64,000 bases of DNA from Planctomycetales bacterium (GTDB taxonomy: Bacteria > 4484-113). The notes under the pieces are model-generated. The model saw nothing but the letters and a program-made list of their open reading frames with translations, had not been told where the DNA came from and made no database searches. This document shows positions 59,588-64,000 of the stretch, piece after piece. A program made the position numbers and the translations under genes. The stretch lies in contig JBBIRS010000005.1 in assembly GCA_037441675.1 (NCBI GenBank), positions 43,648 to 107,647 on the forward strand. Direction: 5' to 3'. Positions within the stretch are counted from its first letter, which is position 1; each line of letters opens with the position of its first letter.

Positions 59588-60422
59588 CTTCCCCATTCTC
59601 CTTCTCGCTTTTATGCTCTTCCTCAAGCCAGTAGAATTTATCAGGTTGGTTTGGTCTGTCTACAAATACTCCAGTTGGGAAAGTCTTGACCAGCTCGTTT
59701 CGCATATAGTTGAGTGTGGCTTCCGCATCAGTTTTCCAATTATTTGGTCAGTTCACCAGCACCTCGACAAAGGCGAAACCGCGCCCATCTAACTGCCTTT
59801 GAAGAGCTGATTTGAAAATTCTTTTCATCTGAAGTGGACGAGCGCTACTCACCCTAGCAACGAAGGTATTCTCCTGAGCCAGTGATGCCACGAGTTTGCA
59901 ACCGTCCAGGGGTCTTCCGTGCTCCTCAATGGTTCTTCCGTATGGAGTAGTCTCAGTTTTTTGACCAATAAGAGTAGTCGGAGCTAACTGCCCACCGGTC
60001 ATTCCATAGTTTGTGTTGTTTCCCACAATGACAAGAACATTGTCGTTTCTCATCGCGGTGTTCACAAGATGTTGCGCGCCGATGGCGTAGGCTCCTCCGT
60101 CTCCCATATACGCTATGCAAATAAGCTCAGGTCTTGCGCGCTTAAGCCCAACAAGCGTAGGCGTTGTCCTTCCGTGATGAGTCTGAATTGTGTCCAAATT
60201 AAAGAAATCCCAGGCGAGTAAACTGCAACCAATATCCACACCAAAAACGATTCGGTCTTGGATATCCATTTCGTCAATGACGAAACCAAGATACTTGAGG
60301 GCAATTGTATGCCCACAACCACCGCAGAATTTGCTCGCCTTGGAGTGCGGGTTCCAGCATCGCGGAAAATGCGGAGCCAAATGTTCTATGTTACCTTTTG
60401 TTGCCTCCTGCAATTTAGCCAT
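59580..60422 (-). CDS. OFOR beta (TPP-binding) subunit, 280 aa if the in-frame TGA at 59748-59750 is read as selenocysteine
   Basis: FCGGCG, GCS, HGR, GDG and NNTNYGMTGGQ motifs; FVEVLVN-(TGA)-PNNWKT aligns with the family's FVEVLs.CP..W; frame open to TAG 59580-59582. Confidence 0.8.
59710..59747 (-). promoter_or_regulatory. Possible bacterial SECIS stem-loop downstream of the UGA
   Basis: UG-(AU bulge)-GC-GGAA-GC-CA apical hairpin with the loop starting 24 nt after UGA; weak lower stem UUGG/UCAA. Confidence 0.3.
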
Positions 60423-60430
60423 AAATACTC

Positions 60431-61519
60431 CTATGATAGGATCTTTTCCACCTCGCGGATAACTCGGTTTGGCGTAATACCTACGCCGGGTCTAAAGAGT
60501 CCATGCAACTCCTTACACTCGCCGAACAGATTCATTCTCACAAGGTCTGCTAATTGACCGTAGGCTGATTCAACGATTAGTATCTTATCTGCATTTTTAA
60601 TTGCTACGCGCAATTGCTTTTGCGGAAATGGAGCAAGCGTTATTGGACGGAAAAAACCCACCTTGTAGCCCCTCTCTCTAAGAAGTCTAACCGCCTCCCT
60701 GCATCCTCTTCCGACAATTCCGTGACCTATGACTACAAGCTCCGCATCCTCTGTGGAATTCATTTCAGCTTCTGCAATTTCGTCTCTGACTGAGTTATAA
60801 GCGTCAATTATCTCATTTAGGGCAACCTCTAACTCTTCTTCTACGCTAAAGGTATTCCTCCAGTGCTTTGGGATTCTTCCTTCCTTGAATGAGCCAGCCC
60901 TGCCTACGTATGCTTCCGGCTCTACCATTTCAACACCATGCACGGAAGGGTCGTATAGGGTTACACTTTCCCTCATTTGTCCTTGATAACCATCGGATAA
61001 GACAAAAGTGGGAAAACGGTACTTCCAAGCTGAATTAAATGCCTTTAATGTGTAATCAAATAAATCTTGGTGACCACTTGTTGAGTAGACTATCCTTAGC
61101 CCTTCACCATTTCCGCCATGAACAGCAAGAAAGACTTCCTGTTGAGAGTAAATTACAGTGGCTGTACTGGGACCTCCCCGTTGAACCAAAATAGCTACTA
61201 TTGGAAGTCTCATCATTTCAGCCATTGAGAAAGCGTCTTGCATAATCACGTGGCCTGGACCTGATGTGGCGGTGAACGCCCTGTATCCCCCCATAACTGC
61301 ACCAATAGTTGTAAAGCCAGCGGAAATTTCATCCTCAGTTTGCATAAAAAGCCTGCCATACTTCGGGGCAAGCCTCGCCCAGTAATGCATCACCTGGTTT
61401 TGGGGAGTAATAGGATAACCGAACATTGCCTTTGCGTTAGCTGCAAGCGCTGCCCAGGCAACTACCTCGTTTCCCATCATAAAAGCTTGGCGTTCGCCCT
61501 CTATTGGTTTCTCAGACAT
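60431..61519 (-). CDS. OFOR alpha subunit (VorB/KorA-like)
   Basis: GNE, FGYPITP, QTEDE, TATSGPG and QRGGPST motifs. Confidence 0.92.
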   Translation of the reverse strand: MSEKPIEGERQAFMMGNEVVAWAALAANAKAMFGYPITPQNQVMHYWARLAPKYGRLFMQTEDEISAGFTTIGAVMGGYRAFTATSGPGHVIMQDAFSMAEMMRLPIVAILVQRGGPSTATVIYSQQEVFLAVHGGNGEGLRIVYSTSGHQDLFDYTLKAFNSAWKYRFPTFVLSDGYQGQMRESVTLYDPSVHGVEMVEPEAYVGRAGSFKEGRIPKHWRNTFSVEEELEVALNEIIDAYNSVRDEIAEAEMNSTEDAELVVIGHGIVGRGCREAVRLLRERGYKVGFFRPITLAPFPQKQLRVAIKNADKILIVESAYGQLADLVRMNLFGECKELHGLFRPGVGITPNRVIREVEKILS

Positions 61520-61533
61520 GGTGTCATTATATT

Positions 61534-61551
61534 ATGTGAAATTTGTTACAA
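61534..61551. promoter_or_regulatory. Rex/CRP-like operator upstream of the OFOR operon
   Basis: ATGTGAA-ATTT-GTTACAA immediately upstream of the minus-strand TATAAT (61531-61526). Confidence 0.55.
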
Positions 61552-61658
61552 ATATTATACCCAGCGGTCTTCTTTACTCTTTTATAGTAACATCTTTTTT
61601 ATCTTATTTCAAACTTTCCCTTCTCAAAAACGTCGCATTCAGGTAGAATTCACCTGCA

Positions 61659-62312
61659 GTGCTATTGGTGCGGTCTTTTACGGTTGGTCCCCTTTACAAT
61701 AACTGTTATGTCATTTGGGACGACGTATCTTTTGAGTGCGCGTTTGTTGATGCGCCCATTGGAGCTGAAGTTGTGGTTGATTTTGTAAACTCGTTAAAGC
61801 TTTCACCAAAATATCTAATAAATACCCATTGCCACTTTGACCACGTTTTTAACAACAGCTTTTTCAAAGAGAGATTCAACCTAAAGCTTGCCTACCATAA
61901 GAATGACGAGCTTTTGTTAATGCGAATGGTTGAAACTGCGGAAAGCTTTGGCTATATCGGCGTAAAAACTTCCCACACCGCTGATATTTATTTGAAAGAA
62001 GGAGATACCATCAGCCTTGGTGGAGAAACGATCAGGATAATTGAGACACCTGGTCATTCACCTGGAAGCATAACATTGCTCACTACTCAAAGGGCGTTCG
62101 TTGGAGATGTTCTCTTCAATGGAGGAATTGGCCGTTACGATTTACCGGGGGCAAATCCCCATGACCTTTACCATTCGCTAGTGGATAAGCTCTTTACACT
62201 GCCCAGTGAGACTATCGTTTTACCAGGTCACGGAGAAGCTACAACGATAGGAGCGGAAAAAGAAGATAACCCATTTGTTGAATACTTGCTATCAGAGCTA
62301 GGTCAAATTTGA
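61659..62312 (+). CDS. MBL-fold metallohydrolase (glyoxalase II-like)
   Basis: THCHFDH, TPGHSPG, GDVLF and PGHG motifs. Confidence 0.92.
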   Translation: MLLVRSFTVGPLYNNCYVIWDDVSFECAFVDAPIGAEVVVDFVNSLKLSPKYLINTHCHFDHVFNNSFFKERFNLKLAYHKNDELLLMRMVETAESFGYIGVKTSHTADIYLKEGDTISLGGETIRIIETPGHSPGSITLLTTQRAFVGDVLFNGGIGRYDLPGANPHDLYHSLVDKLFTLPSETIVLPGHGEATTIGAEKEDNPFVEYLLSELGQI

Positions 62313-62348
62313 TTTTTCCTGTTCTTTAGTGCCTTGCCTGTGGAGTTG

Positions 62349-63263
62349 CTAACTTCTTTGCTGATAAAACTGTAATAAAACTTCCCTAGCGATACTTCTT
62401 CCTGTTGCTTGGGAAATCCCAATAAGTCCTGGGCTAGCATTTACTTCCAAAATGTAAGTTCGCTCCTTTGTTTTTAGCATATCGACGCCACATAACCCCA
62501 AGCCGAATAGGCGAGAGACCTTTTCCGCCAATTTCACCTCTTCCTTCTGCGGAATATAAGGTGTAGGTTTAGCGCCCAGATGAACATTACCGCGATACTC
62601 TCCTTTCTGAACTCGTTTCTCCATCGCCGCTAAAACCTTGCCCTTTACCACTAAGAACCGTAAATCTTTTTTACCACGCTCGCCAATGAACTTTTCAAGA
62701 TAAACGTCATAACCGAGCCTGTTAAAAGCGTTAATTAGGGCTGAAGCGCTCGTGGAGTCAGTTGTTTTCATAACCCCAAGCCCTTGACTTCCCCGAATGA
62801 ATTTCACAAGAATGGGGTTTCCACCCATTTCCGCAATTTCCCTCTTGAGGCTTAATGGTTCTCGGATGAAAGAGAAAGGCAAAACATTTATCTTCGCCTG
62901 AAGCATTTCTAAAAGTGCGTTCAACTTGTTTCTAACTCTAACTAATGAGGAGTATGAATTTACAAGGGTAAATCCGGCAACTTCCATCGCCAGGACTATG
63001 CTCATGGTGAATTCGTCACTGATTGAGCCAACCCTTGGGATAACCAATGCGGGTGGAGAGAGGGCAGTTCTCCCAGTAAGTTCATCCTCTAGGTAAAATC
63101 TCAGTTGATTGTCTTTGATTGTTTTGGGTTTATTTCCGTGAATAATACTAACAGCTTCAGAGTTCAGTGCAAGGGCGGGGATTGACAATTCTTCCGCACC
63201 TTTTAGGAGCGCCTTGACGGAGGGAAGATCTGGGTCAGAGGTAAGTATGAATAGAGGCTTCAC
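62349..63263 (-). CDS. RimK family ATP-grasp ligase
   Basis: GSQGLGV, DLR, YRGNVHLG, GVD and LEVNASPG motifs. Confidence 0.88.
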   Translation of the reverse strand: MKPLFILTSDPDLPSVKALLKGAEELSIPALALNSEAVSIIHGNKPKTIKDNQLRFYLEDELTGRTALSPPALVIPRVGSISDEFTMSIVLAMEVAGFTLVNSYSSLVRVRNKLNALLEMLQAKINVLPFSFIREPLSLKREIAEMGGNPILVKFIRGSQGLGVMKTTDSTSASALINAFNRLGYDVYLEKFIGERGKKDLRFLVVKGKVLAAMEKRVQKGEYRGNVHLGAKPTPYIPQKEEVKLAEKVSRLFGLGLCGVDMLKTKERTYILEVNASPGLIGISQATGRSIAREVLLQFYQQRS

Positions 63264-63343
63264 GTGTTAAATAACAATCTATCTTTAGGTTTGACAATTG
63301 CTAGATAGGTAATAAGCCTTTTCTAAACTTATCTAGCCTTTGG

Positions 63344-63661
63344 TTATGATGTCTTTTCTTTCTCTCCTTGTTCCTCTAAAAGTTTCTCCTTTGTGCTCTT
63401 TACAACAGTTTGCACCGCGCTCTTTACCCGCTCAAATGTTTCTCCCACCTTCTCTTTACCAACCTCAAACCCTTCCTTCATTTTCTCCTTTGCCAAGCCG
63501 AGATATTCTCCCCCCTTCTCTTTCAGTTCACTTCTTAGCTCTTTTCCAGATTTAGGGGCAAATAACAAGCCAAGAATAGTACCAGTTATTGCGCCAAGCG
63601 CGAAGCCGGCAACAAGTAGCCCAATACTTCTTCCTGTTTCTTCTTCATGCTTTTCATCCAT
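63344..63661 (-). CDS. YtxH domain protein
   Basis: GAITG.ILGLLFAPKSGKELR motif; AAGGAG RBS and TGcTATAAT promoter. Confidence 0.9.
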   Translation of the reverse strand: MDEKHEEETGRSIGLLVAGFALGAITGTILGLLFAPKSGKELRSELKEKGGEYLGLAKEKMKEGFEVGKEKVGETFERVKSAVQTVVKSTKEKLLEEQGEKEKTS

Positions 63662-63799
63662 TGAATTTTCTTCCTCCTTTTTTTATCCAGTACGATTATA
63701 GCATAGGGCAGGTTAGAAAGTGCGTACTGTTTGTGAGTTGAAGGATTAGGTTTAACGTTTGGTAGAGATAACTATTATGGTTAAGTTGCTGATTTTTCA

Positions 63800-64000
63800 T
63801 TATCTTTGTTTTCGCCCATCTAAACCATCAGACGGGGTAGGTTTCGTTAATTCTCTCCAGCCTAGCGAAATTCCATAAGCTAGTGCGGAAAGGAAATTTT
63901 TCACATTCGAGCTTTTATCAAGGATGGACTTAGTGCCTTCGCCAATAAAATCTCCAACCGCTCTTCCAACAACGCGAGGTGCGGATGTGTAAGCTGAAAT
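63800..64000 (-). CDS. C-terminal fragment of a CDS entering from the right edge (possibly YtxG/DUF948-like from context)
   Basis: Open frame ISAYTSAPRVVGRAVGDF...GWRELTKPTPSDGLDGRKQR* ending at TAA 63800-63802. Confidence 0.5.
   Translation of the reverse strand: MSAYTSAPRVVGRAVGDFIGEGTKSILDKSSNVKNFLSALAYGISLGWRELTKPTPSDGLDGRKQR

Noticed and set aside
59748..59750. Genome-wide TGA reassignment (genetic code 4/25) as the explanation for the OFOR in-frame TGA
   Set aside because: TGA ends other complete-looking genes here (cyclophilin, AI-2E, sucC, recJ, rel), and the other long genes have no internal TGA.

Overview
Gene-dense, ~AT-leaning bacterial chromosome segment made mostly of housekeeping and central-metabolism genes: scpB, pyrG, pckA, rsmG-parA, dgt, pyrB, truB, sucCD, an NfnAB-type transhydrogenase pair, thiE, system II cytochrome c maturation, transaldolase, a peptide ABC transporter, secD-secF-recJ-rel-dtd, miaA, amj, bamA...lpxD, divIVA and a four-subunit 2-oxoacid:ferredoxin oxidoreductase (OFOR). 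Outer-membrane genes sit alongside Firmicute-type genes, which suggests a Terrabacteria-like diderm anaerobe (inference). I found no rRNA, tRNA, CRISPR array, transposase or prophage. Main finding: the OFOR beta subunit has an in-frame TGA exactly at the fourth conserved [4Fe-4S] Cys ligand (VLVN-TGA-PNNW). The frame stays open for 55 more codons up to the next gene, making it a candidate selenocysteine Fe-S-ligand selenoprotein. Other highlights: two unannotated promoter-to-terminator small-RNA units (one C-rich and anti-Shine-Dalgarno-like, one in the 3' region of nfnB); a shared Rex/CRP-like 18-bp operator upstream of pckA, sucC, nfnA and the OFOR operon; many apparently leaderless genes; a secretin-like protein with no barrel; and two degenerate 5'-nucleotidase-fold proteins with unusual fusions (BsuPI-like domain; tetraheme cytochrome). 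All calls come from reading motifs by eye; no database searches were run.
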